Below, piece after piece: positions 17,097-26,244 of a stretch of 32,000 bases of DNA. Source of the DNA: a virus; the IMG/VR virus record IMGVR_UViG_3300029740_000215, positions 47,703 to 79,702 of that record. The stretch is one strand, 5' to 3'. A program made the position numbers and the translations under genes. How positions within the stretch are numbered: position 1 is the stretch's first letter; every line of letters begins with the position of its first letter. Under the pieces are notes generated by a model that saw nothing but the letters and a program-made list of their open reading frames with translations, searched no databases and was not told the origin of the DNA.

Positions 17097-17489
17097 AATA
17101 TACATTATGTATAATAGCATACACTTTAATAAGCCTGGCTGGAATTCACTCCAGCGGCATTAGAGTGACCTGATTTTGATTTTCTGCATCAAAAAAGCAC
17201 CCATCAGGCGTTGTGCGTCTGACAGGTGCTCATATCGTGCAAAGTATGGAAAACAGCCGATACTTGGATGATTTTATTCAACCATCACTGCACTATGATT
17301 TGCACAAACAGACAACACAAAACAGCCGAAGAGATTCCAATTGCTCCACAGCTTTTGCAATTTATTCTGTTTGTTCATCATAGCAGCAAACATCGTGCAG
17401 TTTTCCTTTCATCAAATTTAGCGTCTCAATTATACAATATGTAAAAGCCAAAGTCAAGGCTTTTCGTAAAAATAATGGCAGGCCCGCGC

Positions 17490-18239
17490 TCATTGTTTGT
17501 CTGGCTTCCAAGCCACAATCCGCACTATCACATTCGAGAGCAGTACGTCCTCATACGAGCACAGTACGCCTAAAGCGTTAGCCATTCTGGACTCGTAGTC
17601 AGCCAAAGCCAGGTCGATAGGCACCGTGATTGCAGCAGAGTCATCTGGCGTTTCCAGAACGGAAGTCCTCGTGCTTTTCCTTTTGACGCTCCAGTTGTTT
17701 GCCAGCAAGTAGTCGTACAGTGCATACGGATTAACTGCGCTTATACCTTCTCTCGATGACAGTATCGTATATGCCCGCTTGTATTTTCTGGTTCTTTCCA
17801 AGTCCCTTTCAGTTGGAGTGTGAGGGAGCCTGGTTAAGTCCATATTGCTGCGCAGGTCCGAGAGCTTTACTTTGACAGCAATCGAATTTTGCTGAATATA
17901 CCAAAGATATTCAGCATACGATATACCCTTGCTATGGGTCAACGTACTAACAGCGTCAGCAACCTCTTTTGGAAACCCCGTTCTGATGTCTTCTATTGTG
18001 ACGGACGTATCTTCGACCGTATCATGCAGAAATGCCACAGCCTCGGCTATTGGGTCACCTTTTACGCCTTCTGCTACAACCGTAACGTGCGCTTTGAAGT
18101 AATCCTTCCCAGCCTTGTCTTTTTGCCCAGCATGAGCCTTAACAGCCCAAGCTCTGGCTTTGGCAACCATCTCAATGTCAGACTGCTTCCACTCTAAAGG
18201 AATCGTAATGTTCACTTGTACGCTTGATTTTTTTGCCAA
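17490..18239 (-). CDS. HD-domain hydrolase, SpoT/MESH1-like
   Basis: AHAGQKDKAGKDYFKAH and AVAFLHDTVEDTSVT motifs; probable TTG start after GAGGTG. Confidence 0.8.
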   Translation of the reverse strand: MAKKSSVQVNITIPLEWKQSDIEMVAKARAWAVKAHAGQKDKAGKDYFKAHVTVVAEGVKGDPIAEAVAFLHDTVEDTSVTIEDIRTGFPKEVADAVSTLTHSKGISYAEYLWYIQQNSIAVKVKLSDLRSNMDLTRLPHTPTERDLERTRKYKRAYTILSSREGISAVNPYALYDYLLANNWSVKRKSTRTSVLETPDDSAAITVPIDLALADYESRMANALGVLCSYEDVLLSNVIVRIVAWKPDKQ

Positions 18240-18450
18240 CTATATCACCTCATACATATATTATGTATGTATTCTGTGCCGTCAGTCAAACTGCTCAACG
18301 AATATTTTACAAAAAATCAAAAAGAGCCATTCATCCCACAGGCAAGCCTGCAGGTTTTCTGGCTCTCAATTATAACCCTATTCGATATAGCAATCTGTTG
18401 CCTTGTATTGCTCACAAAAACAAAAAAGCCGGGAAACCCCGGCAAAAATT

Positions 18451-18539
18451 TGGCGGTCAGAGTGGGATTCGAACCCACGGACGTTTGCGGCGTCGCTGGT
18501 TTTCAAGACCAGTTCCTTAAACCACTCGGACATCTGACC
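18451..18539 (-). tRNA. tRNA-Ser(TGA)
   Basis: Stem CTGGT/ACCAG, loop CTTGAAA, long variable arm, CCA. Confidence 0.9.
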
Positions 18540-18622
18540 ATAAAAGGATGGGGCGGGACCGAAATCCCGCCCCACAGCAAGGAGAAAAAACTATCGATTA
18601 CCGTTAGTTAGAGGATGGCAAA

Positions 18623-19756
18623 TTAGTGGATGCCCAGGGAAGCGGCATAAGCAGCTTCACGAGCGGCAACCTGTGCCTGCAGAGCAGCGATGGAAGCGGC
18701 ATAAGCGGCTTCACGCTTTTCAGCAGCAGCCTGAGCTTCAGAGGTGGAAGCGTACTGGGGCTCGTTGCCAGCCAGAGTGCCAGCATAGCCCTTGACGCCA
18801 TCAGCGCCCTTAACAGTCAGGACTTCATGACCACAATGGTCACAGACGTAAACGTTACCCTTGCGGGTCCAGTTGTGATAGCCACAGCTGGTGCAGACGG
18901 TGTACTCATTGCCCCAGGTGCCATTGGCAATAGCGGCGGCAATTTCACCATGTTCAGAAACCTCAACGTTTTTGCGAGGAGCGGTCGGAGTAGTGGTGGT
19001 AGTACCGTTGCCCTTGTTGGAGCCGGTAGAAGTGTTGTCCTTACCGGTGTTGTCCTTATCGGGGGCCACTACGTCGCCCTTGTCATCGGGAGTGGTGGTG
19101 CCGCTGTCGCCGGTATTGTCACCCTTGTTGTCGCCCTTATCGTCGGGGTTGGTGACATCGCCCTTGTCATCGCCCTTGTTGTCATCCTTGCCGTCATCGG
19201 GAGTGGATGCAGTAGTGGCTTTCAGGGTCAGGACATTGTCGTGAATGTCATCGCCCAGGTAGTAGAACAGGCGGTCATGGTTCAGGCTCTTGCTGGACGC
19301 GGTGTAAGTATCGCCGGAATCGGTGGTCCAGGCTTCAACGCTCTGACCATCAACGCTGCCGGGGAAAGTGGCGGTGTCAGTTTCGGTCAGCACAGTGTTG
19401 CCGTCAATCTGATAGTTGATGGTGATGGAACGCGGATTACCTTCGGCCGCATAGCAGGAAGTGATGCCGTCAGCGGTGAACCACTGGTCAACTGCATCGT
19501 ACGGCAGAGTGTCGCCGGGATAGTAGTTGTAGGTGTAGCCGCCGTGGCCCTGCAGGGTAATCCAGTAACCGTAGTCATACTGGCTTGCCGGGAACGTCAT
19601 AGAGCCGCCCGGAGCCAGGTCCTGGGAAGAACCGTTGCTGAAAGAGAAATGATAGGTGTCGCCGGTGGCTGCGAATGCTGCGACAGGCAGACAAGTTGCC
19701 ATCATACCGGCTGCTGCAATCCCTGCGATTGCTTTGATGATTTTCTGATTACTCAT
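18623..19756 (-). CDS. secreted protein: signal peptide, beta-rich N domain, acidic/Thr repeat linker, zinc ribbon, Ala-rich C-terminus
   Basis: MSNQKIIKAIAGIAAAGMMATCLPVAAFAA; repeated DDKGDNKGD; CTSCGYHNW...CDHCGHE. Confidence 0.8.
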   Translation of the reverse strand: MSNQKIIKAIAGIAAAGMMATCLPVAAFAATGDTYHFSFSNGSSQDLAPGGSMTFPASQYDYGYWITLQGHGGYTYNYYPGDTLPYDAVDQWFTADGITSCYAAEGNPRSITINYQIDGNTVLTETDTATFPGSVDGQSVEAWTTDSGDTYTASSKSLNHDRLFYYLGDDIHDNVLTLKATTASTPDDGKDDNKGDDKGDVTNPDDKGDNKGDNTGDSGTTTPDDKGDVVAPDKDNTGKDNTSTGSNKGNGTTTTTPTAPRKNVEVSEHGEIAAAIANGTWGNEYTVCTSCGYHNWTRKGNVYVCDHCGHEVLTVKGADGVKGYAGTLAGNEPQYASTSEAQAAAEKREAAYAASIAALQAQVAAREAAYAASLGIH

Positions 19757-19827
19757 GCTGTGTACTCCTTTGCTTTTTTGATTTTTTCGTCTATTTATCT
19801 GCATTTATTCAGATACCGGTTTGAAAG

Positions 19828-19894
19828 AAATCAGCCGCAGCTTTGCTGCGTTGCCCACCATCTGCCACGTGGAGGCTTTCTCATGGATGGTTGA
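19828..19894. ncRNA. structured element copy X (CCATC..GCC ACGTGGA GGC..GATGG)
   Basis: Same stem-loop as 21430-21470 and 21661-21700 with compensatory changes. Confidence 0.4.
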
Positions 19895-20115
19895 CGAAGC
19901 AGATATGTGCTTCGCCAGTGTCGCAACCGTCTTCGCCACTCGACACAATTTCGGTTTGAATTTATCCCCGTAAAATCGCATGTCCATGCTGCGCGGAGGG
20001 GATAAAATTCTTCGTGGTATGGTTTCGGAGTTCCGCGCCTGATTGGCCGTACTACACGCAATGCAGTACAATACCCCAGATACCTTTGGCGAAAGGAAGC
20101 GAAAGGGTGTCTGGA

Positions 20116-20191
20116 TGGAGAAGGGAGATGGCCTCGAACCATCGATACCCTGCTTTGCGGCAGGTGCTTTATCCAGCTAAGCTATCCCTCC
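20116..20191 (-). tRNA. tRNA-like, possible Cys(GCA) with aberrant anticodon loop
   Basis: Acceptor GGAGGGA/TCCCTTC, CCA; CCTGC-CGCAAA-GCAGG gives a 6-nt loop. Confidence 0.65.
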
Positions 20192-20221
20192 ATGATGGCG
20201 GGTCAAGCCCGCCAAATAACG

Positions 20222-20614
20222 TTACGCAAACTGGAAGTCGCCGTACTGAGTCACGGCGCGTTCCAGGCGCAGAGGAATGGTTTTTGTGCTCTTCTGAGTG
20301 ATATCCTCGCGTGCTACCTGAGCTTCACTCACGCCAGCCGCCTGCAGGACTTCATACAAATTGGAAGGACCAGTACCAGCATAACCACAGGTCAAGCCAT
20401 TAACCTGAAGCGTAAAGCCGTGCAGATGCGGTGCCAAACCGGGAACGAAATCGAGTTCAACAATGACCTCGTCGCTCTTGTCGTTTACACGGTTGACAGA
20501 GATGGCGCGGACGTTCTGATTGCCAAACATTTCAATCAGCTTTTTGGCTGCTGCAGCGGTTTCAATGGTAGTCGTACCTTCAACATTGATAATTGCCTGT
20601 TCCATAAGTTTCAT
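20222..20614 (-). CDS. hypothetical protein, 130 aa
   Basis: ORF with AAAGGAGATG RBS. Confidence 0.75.
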   Translation of the reverse strand: MKLMEQAIINVEGTTTIETAAAAKKLIEMFGNQNVRAISVNRVNDKSDEVIVELDFVPGLAPHLHGFTLQVNGLTCGYAGTGPSNLYEVLQAAGVSEAQVAREDITQKSTKTIPLRLERAVTQYGDFQFA

Positions 20615-20643
20615 CTCCTTTCTATTATCGCTTCATTGGGTAA

Positions 20644-20719
20644 TGGGGCTTGATGGCAGGTTCGAACTGCCGACCTGCGCGTTACGAATGCGCTGCTCTA
20701 CCAACTGAGCTAATCGAGC
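20644..20719 (-). tRNA. tRNA-Thr(CGT)-like
   Basis: Loop TTCGTAA; acceptor has one mismatch; CCA. Confidence 0.7.
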
Positions 20720-20990
20720 ACGATAGGGTGTTTTATGCTGGTCACCCCTTGAGCGAGAAGCCAACTCGCATCCAGCACCATTCGATAGCTGCATCGATGG
20801 ATTCTGCTTTATACCCTTTCCGCTGTTTTCCGGTCTTATTCGCGACTAACACCGGGACTTTCGAATACTTTCAGGCACAGCACCTGTTTGTCTATTATTT
20901 TTGAGGCTGTCTCATCGACATTCGGACAGCGGACCACAAGTGGACCATGCTCACCAAGTTTAACGTCGTGGGTACGGTGACTGCGACGTG

Positions 20991-21065
20991 TGGAGCAAGT
21001 AGCGGGGGTCGAACCCGCGTCTCCGCCTTGGAGGGGCGGAGTATTAGCCGTTATACGATACCTGC
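20991..21065 (-). tRNA. tRNA-Gly(TCC), loop CCTCCAA
   Basis: Acceptor GCAGGTA/TACTTGC; stem CCGCC/GGCGG; CCA. Confidence 0.85.
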
Positions 21066-21538
21066 ATAAGATTGCGGGTGAACCCTCACTTAGCCCCGCC
21101 ATGACATCCGTTTAGTAGGTCGTCATCCCCGGATGTCATCTTCACACCACCTGACAATCTTGCGAACCTCATCGTTGACGATACGCGAGAATCCAAGAAA
21201 GCGCTTGGGTGTTGGTCAACTTCAAATTTTGAGCCCTGTCGTTGATTCCCTGTCAAATCGGGTTAACGGTTGTCGTTGGGCTGTGTGTGAGACTGCGGCG
21301 AAACTTACCAGTTGCCGTGCAGCAATCTCGCCTTTACGGCTGTGTCGCGTCTGGATGCGCCCCGACTTGACGGGGATGCTCGTACGTTTGCATGCTTCTA
21401 AGACATTCGTCAGCAGCCGCAAGAGCCGCTGTCCGCCACCCGCCACGAGGAGGCCGCCTTAATGGGTGGCATGCTGTCCGCCAGATGTTGTGTATAGCAT
21501 CGTATCATGTGATTTCGATACATCCAACGGATAGCGTC

Positions 21539-21614
21539 TGGAGCTGGAAATCGGACTTGAACCGATGACCGACTGATTACAAATCAGTTGCTCTACCAGC
21601 TGAGCTAAACCAGC
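21539..21614 (-). tRNA. tRNA-Thr(TGT)
   Basis: Stem ACTGA/TCAGT, loop TTTGTAA, CCA. Confidence 0.9.
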
Positions 21615-22116
21615 AAATACAAACATTAGCCAGATGCCCGGAACACGGAAACATCTGTTGTCCACCGTCCGCCGCGTGGAGGCTGTTTGCTTGGACGGCT
21701 GGCGCGGAGTTACCCGCGCCAAAGAAAGGAAGGATATTACTATGAAACGGATGATTTTCACGCTTCACCTGTGTCAGCTCAAATGAAGCCATGCGACCAA
21801 GATTGGGGGAAGGAAAACCTTGATGTCTCAGGAGCCGTTCCTCTTCCTGAGAACAATTGTATTATACCATATATGTGGTATCCGGTCAACGAAAAGACAC
21901 AATATATAGTGTCTAAATTGTAAACAAACATTAAGATACCACTATATCTTGTGGTTGAGGCAAGTGCATCACAAATGCCTTGCGTTTCCGGCAGTTTGCA
22001 GGAAATTCAGTAAATCTTTGGCCGAGCTGACCTGTGAAACCACTGCACCGCTCTTTGCGTATAGGTCAGCAATGGAATCACCCTGTCCCCATTCGTCCCG
22101 TGGTTCGGCTTTCTTT

Positions 22117-22620
22117 TCAGTGACCTTCTTCTGCCGGAAACACCTCGTACACGCTGACATACAGCATCCCCGGCTTGTAGTCAGCGTACTCAACCGAGCG
22201 CTTTTGGTCGTATACTTTCACGTCTGAGTCATCGTCCGCCGTGAGCCAAAGATACTTGACGTGCTCAGCATAGCGCGGGTCTTCGATACGATAGCTCTGC
22301 CCCTCTTTGATTTTCAAATGACGTGCATTTGCTTGGGCACGCGAAAACTCAACGAATGCGCCGTAGTCGCCAATCACGATTCGGTTATACCCGCTGGCAA
22401 TGACCGTGCCGCTTCTGGTTTCGAGTTTGGTCGTATCGCCGGACATATTGCACCATTCCGGCAAAGTTTCTTCAAATTCTGCCCGCACATCCTTGAAAAA
22501 GGTACGTGGGATGGGCTTGTACTTGTATTCGTCGGCAAGCTGCTCTTGATATTTAAGCATCCGAGCGCCGGCTTCCGAGATTTTGTGCTTCATGATTAAC
22601 TCATCCACTTCTTTTCCCAC
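22117..22620 (-). CDS. hypothetical protein, 167 aa
   Basis: Long ORF. Confidence 0.7.
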   Translation of the reverse strand: MGKEVDELIMKHKISEAGARMLKYQEQLADEYKYKPIPRTFFKDVRAEFEETLPEWCNMSGDTTKLETRSGTVIASGYNRIVIGDYGAFVEFSRAQANARHLKIKEGQSYRIEDPRYAEHVKYLWLTADDDSDVKVYDQKRSVEYADYKPGMLYVSVYEVFPAEEGH

Positions 22621-23024
22621 TGGTCGTATTCGGCAACTTCCCGTTTCACGGTTCTACCGTCTTTCTTGTATATCGTGATACGTTGTGCATAGTTTGCTGC
22701 GTGCTTTTGCAGCTGTTGCAGGGCCTCTTCCTCAGAGTCCGCTTTCGTGACGCCGCGATAGGAGCCACCGGAGCCTAAAATGTCAGGCTCATACCAACCT
22801 GTCTCATAATGCACAGTCTGTTTGACTGCTTCATCCAGAACAACTTTCCCCTGCTCACCGTAGTCACCCGTATAGCTGCTTCGGATGATTCGTGCGGCAC
22901 GGTCGTTCTCCTGCTCTTCGTAGGCTTTGACAATTAAATCGACGTAGGTTTTGAACTTCTGCTCGTCACCTTCACGATGCGCTTCAATGAGTTTTCCAAT
23001 CGTGACAACGTTGATTTGGCTCAT
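22596..23024 (-). CDS. hypothetical protein (MSQINVVTIGKLIEAHREGDEQKFKTYVDLIV...)
   Basis: ORF with AAAAGGGG RBS; start refined. Confidence 0.65.
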   Translation of the reverse strand: MSQINVVTIGKLIEAHREGDEQKFKTYVDLIVKAYEEQENDRAARIIRSSYTGDYGEQGKVVLDEAVKQTVHYETGWYEPDILGSGGSYRGVTKADSEEEALQQLQKHAANYAQRITIYKKDGRTVKREVAEYDQWEKKWMS

Positions 23025-23104
23025 GCTTTTTCCCCTCTTTCTACTACAATTATACTCTTCCGCTGAACTGAAAAGTGATTTTTTGTCGATTGTTAGCGGA
23101 AAAT

Positions 23105-23767
23105 TCATAATTTGAAAGGGCAAAAGCTGAACGTTGGGACGTCTGAATTCGGGTTCTCAACCTGGTATTTGATGACTCTTTTTTGCGCCCCTAAAGCCTT
23201 GTATGTCTGCTCTGCATTCACGCATAAGCCGTTGGCAAAGAAGAGAGTGGAACCATTGCGTTCACTGATATTTTCGGCAGAATACATTTTTGGCTTTCTG
23301 ATTCCGGGGTCGAGATGGATTCCACCGCGCATCAGCTTTTCAGCATAGAACCAGACATCAACGCGGGAGAAAATGTAAAGCAGCTGCGTGGTTCTGAAAT
23401 AATAGAGAATCTGGTCCGCACCACTCCTGTATACCCAGCCCGGGGTGTGCCATAAAGGGTCGATGCCATCCCTATACCGCCGCGCCACCCGTTGTTCGTT
23501 CAGAGCGTCAGGCACCATGGAGAAGTAGTCCACCGAGGTTTCCAGGTAGAAATTTCCGGTATTGTGACTGTCCACTTTCGCTTCCAGGCCAAAGGTCTTT
23601 CCATTTTTCTTCCAGACGATGAAATCGGTATCTTTGTCTTGATATGATTTATCCTGAGTCACGTCATCGTAATGGCTAATGCCATGATTCACTTTGATAA
23701 TCGGGTCGTTAAGGAATTTGCGAGCCAAGTCTTCTCCGAATTTTCCCTCATCGAGTTGCTTGGACAT
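23105..23767 (-). CDS. PD-(D/E)XK nuclease-like protein
   Basis: MSKQLDEGKFGEDLARKFL...DKDTDFIVWKKNGKTFGLEAKVD: D-x(n)-ExK arrangement; start refined. Confidence 0.65.
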   Translation of the reverse strand: MSKQLDEGKFGEDLARKFLNDPIIKVNHGISHYDDVTQDKSYQDKDTDFIVWKKNGKTFGLEAKVDSHNTGNFYLETSVDYFSMVPDALNEQRVARRYRDGIDPLWHTPGWVYRSGADQILYYFRTTQLLYIFSRVDVWFYAEKLMRGGIHLDPGIRKPKMYSAENISERNGSTLFFANGLCVNAEQTYKALGAQKRVIKYQVENPNSDVPTFSFCPFKL

Positions 23768-23807
23768 CTTAAACTGACGAGGGCTTTCTTCCCAGGCTAT
23801 CATACTT

Positions 23808-24722
23808 TTACACGGCATCTGCCGAATTTTCAGGCAACTGCGATACGATATGTGCAACGATACGTTCTGTACAGGCATTGACAACGGCGCTGGCCGTCCG
23901 CTGTTCACGCAGCGAATGGCAGAGTTCGTCGAGTTCGGATTCCGTGAAGGGATAGTCTGCCGAAGCAAGGAACTTTTTGCACAGTTCTTTCATGTCATCG
24001 TCGCCTAAAGGCTTGACGCGGTGTTTGAAAGTGAATCGGCGAATGAGGGCTTCGTCAAGGTTATCGACGCGGTTTGTAGTGCCAATGAGAATGACGTCAT
24101 TCGGGAGCCGGTCAAGTTCCTGCATCAATGCGATGGTGACGCGGCTCATTTCAGCGACGTCATCACGGCCGCCACGGCACATTCCGATAGCATCAATTTC
24201 ATCAACACAAAGAACGCAGGGCGTGCGCTTTGCGTAATCGAACACTCTGCCGATGTTCTGCTGTGTCCGGCCAAGAGCAGAATTGACAAGGCCAGAAAAT
24301 TTCAGGAAAACAAACGGTAAATTTGCCTTGTGTGCAATGTAGCGGGCCAATTCAGTCTTACCAACACCAGGAAGGCCCGTCAAAAGCAAAGAGCAAGTAT
24401 AGTGGATGCCAAGCTCCTTGATGGCTAAAGCTACTTTTCTGGTGGCCAAGAGCTTGTTGATGACTGTTTCTTCCTCCTCGCGGAGCAGGAACCGGCTCTC
24501 AGGGAAATTCGTGGCATCCTCCGCAATCAAGAGGTTTTCCAGGTTGGCGGGCAGCTGAATCAGTTCCGGTTTCAGAAGATTCAACTTTCTGAGTTCGTTT
24601 TCTTTGAACCTGGCGTCCTTTTCGGGTACATTCTTTTCAAGCATGATTCGGCACTGAGTCTGCGCGTTTCGAATATCGCCATCCACCACAAATCGAATTA
24701 AATTACGTACGTCGTCTGTCAT
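23808..24722 (-). CDS. AAA+ ATPase
   Basis: LLLTGLPGVGKTELA (Walker A), CVLCVDEIDAI (Walker B), LIGTTNRVDNLDEALIRRF. Confidence 0.9.
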   Translation of the reverse strand: MTDDVRNLIRFVVDGDIRNAQTQCRIMLEKNVPEKDARFKENELRKLNLLKPELIQLPANLENLLIAEDATNFPESRFLLREEEETVINKLLATRKVALAIKELGIHYTCSLLLTGLPGVGKTELARYIAHKANLPFVFLKFSGLVNSALGRTQQNIGRVFDYAKRTPCVLCVDEIDAIGMCRGGRDDVAEMSRVTIALMQELDRLPNDVILIGTTNRVDNLDEALIRRFTFKHRVKPLGDDDMKELCKKFLASADYPFTESELDELCHSLREQRTASAVVNACTERIVAHIVSQLPENSADAV

Positions 24723-24746
24723 TTCATTTCCTCCTAAAAAAGAAAT

Positions 24747-24766
24747 AGGCCGCCAAATGGCAGCCT
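24747..24766 (-). promoter_or_regulatory. leader hairpin AGGCTGCC-ATTT-GGCGGCCT + T-rich
   Basis: 25 nt upstream of ATG of AAA+ gene. Confidence 0.5.
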
Positions 24767-24767
24767 G

Positions 24768-25721
24768 TTAATATGAGGTTATATTCTGATTTTTGTTTCT
24801 ACTGCAAATAGTGTTTACCGTCGAAACAGAGAGATTATATTCAGTGGCAAGCGCCTGCACCTTCTCGCCTTCCCTGTGGCGTTTAGCAATCAGTGCATTA
24901 CGTTCCGTGTTTTTTCGCGGACGGCCGCGTTTCTGTAAAATTCCAGCTCTGACATTTTCCTGATGAAAGGTTTCATAAATCGCCGTTTTAGAGATTCCGT
25001 ATTCCTTGGCAATAGTGCTGACCGAGACCCCTCTTTCGATTTTGCTTCGAATATCGGAATTCCTTTGATTGGTCTTGTCTTTCAGCGCCTTGTGATAGTA
25101 TTCCTGACAGGTTTTTCCAATTTGGCGCATGTCCTTGTAAAGAGTGGATTTTGAAATACCGTATTTCTCACAGATGTCTTTTGAGGACGTTCCTGCCTCA
25201 TAATCCGCAAGAATCGCCTTGCGCCTTTCATCCAACTTTTTGGAATTTGTATGTAAATGCCCTGCAAGGACGGTACGGACACTGCTTCGAGACAAAAAGT
25301 ATTTTTTGGCGATTTCCTTATCAGTCATTCCGGCTTTCGCATCTTCCAACATAGCCGCATTGCGAACTTTCGTGGCAGCAGACTGCTTTTTCTTGTTCTT
25401 CTTAATCGTAGCTTGAGCGTATTCAGAAACAGTATAGTAGCACTGCTGATAGGTCACGCCATGCTTCTTTGCGATTTCAGCAACCGTCATCCCGGCTTTC
25501 GCATCTTGAATCATAGCTTCGTCGAGAGGTGCTCTTTTTGCTTTCTTTGCAAAATTCTTTTCTTTTGCTAGGTCTCTCACCATGGCATAGCAATAAGAGC
25601 TTGAAAAATACGTTTCCTTGGCGATTTCCTTGACAGTTTTGCCAGAAAGATACATTTCCCGAACCTTTTCGCGGTCTTCTTTGACCTGCTGCTTCGCAAC
25701 ATCTTTCTTTGATGCAGCCAT
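24768..25721 (-). CDS. protein made of about 6 repeated resolvase/Hin-like HTH modules
   Basis: Repeats such as MTVAEIAKKHGVTYQQCYYTV, MTDKEIAKKYFLSRSSVRTVL, TSSKDICEKYGISKSTLYKDM. Confidence 0.8.
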   Translation of the reverse strand: MAASKKDVAKQQVKEDREKVREMYLSGKTVKEIAKETYFSSSYCYAMVRDLAKEKNFAKKAKRAPLDEAMIQDAKAGMTVAEIAKKHGVTYQQCYYTVSEYAQATIKKNKKKQSAATKVRNAAMLEDAKAGMTDKEIAKKYFLSRSSVRTVLAGHLHTNSKKLDERRKAILADYEAGTSSKDICEKYGISKSTLYKDMRQIGKTCQEYYHKALKDKTNQRNSDIRSKIERGVSVSTIAKEYGISKTAIYETFHQENVRAGILQKRGRPRKNTERNALIAKRHREGEKVQALATEYNLSVSTVNTICSRNKNQNITSY

Positions 25722-25725
25722 GCAA

Positions 25726-26244
25726 TTATTCCTCACTTTGACAACTTTTACTTTTCCCTGGGCCTGGACTATACCGCTTCATGGCGCGATATACGCTTCC
25801 CTTTTTGAGCCCGTATTCTTCCGCAAGCTCTTTGACAGAAACGCCGTTTTTGTATTTCCTGACCATCTCGGCGTTTCTTTTCTTGCCAGTCTCGATACGG
25901 TTTTGGCTGTGGATTTGTCGGCCATTCTTTCCGTGCGCATGAAGAATCCGATAAAAGAGCGTTCCACTGATGCCGTATTTTTCCTGGAGCTCCGGAGATT
26001 TTGCGCCCATCTCATATTCATGAATCATCTGGGTTTGCCAGGCTTTCTTCTTTGCTTTCCTCTGCCGGGCCTGTTCTTTGTAAAAGTCCTTCAGACTATA
26101 TCGGACAGTAGAAACACAAATTTGATACTTTTCGGCCAGCTGTTCCTGGGACATACCGTTCTTGGCATCCTCCAGCATCTTTTCATTTCGCGCCCTGACT
26201 TTGTCATGAGTTAGACACACGTGGGTAATCTTGTTAATCGGCAT
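25726..26244 (-). CDS. repeated-HTH protein (3 modules)
   Basis: MSQEQLAEKYQICVSTVRYSL, AKSPELQEKYGISGTLFYRIL, VSVKELAEEYGLKKGSVYRAM. Confidence 0.8.
   Translation of the reverse strand: MPINKITHVCLTHDKVRARNEKMLEDAKNGMSQEQLAEKYQICVSTVRYSLKDFYKEQARQRKAKKKAWQTQMIHEYEMGAKSPELQEKYGISGTLFYRILHAHGKNGRQIHSQNRIETGKKRNAEMVRKYKNGVSVKELAEEYGLKKGSVYRAMKRYSPGPGKSKSCQSEE

Noticed and set aside
18429-18445. Bidirectional terminator GCCGGG-AAAC-CCCGGC with A/T tracts
   Set aside because: Plausible, but too short to be certain and adjacent to tRNA-Ser processing sequence; not listed as a feature.
18626-19894. Plus-strand ORF of 422 aa
   Set aside because: Antisense to the secreted protein gene, an artefact of its low-complexity region.
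21687-21923. Plus-strand ORF ending ...CIIPYMWYPVNEKTQYIVSKL
   Set aside because: Possible truncated gene, but no good start or family match; left unannotated.
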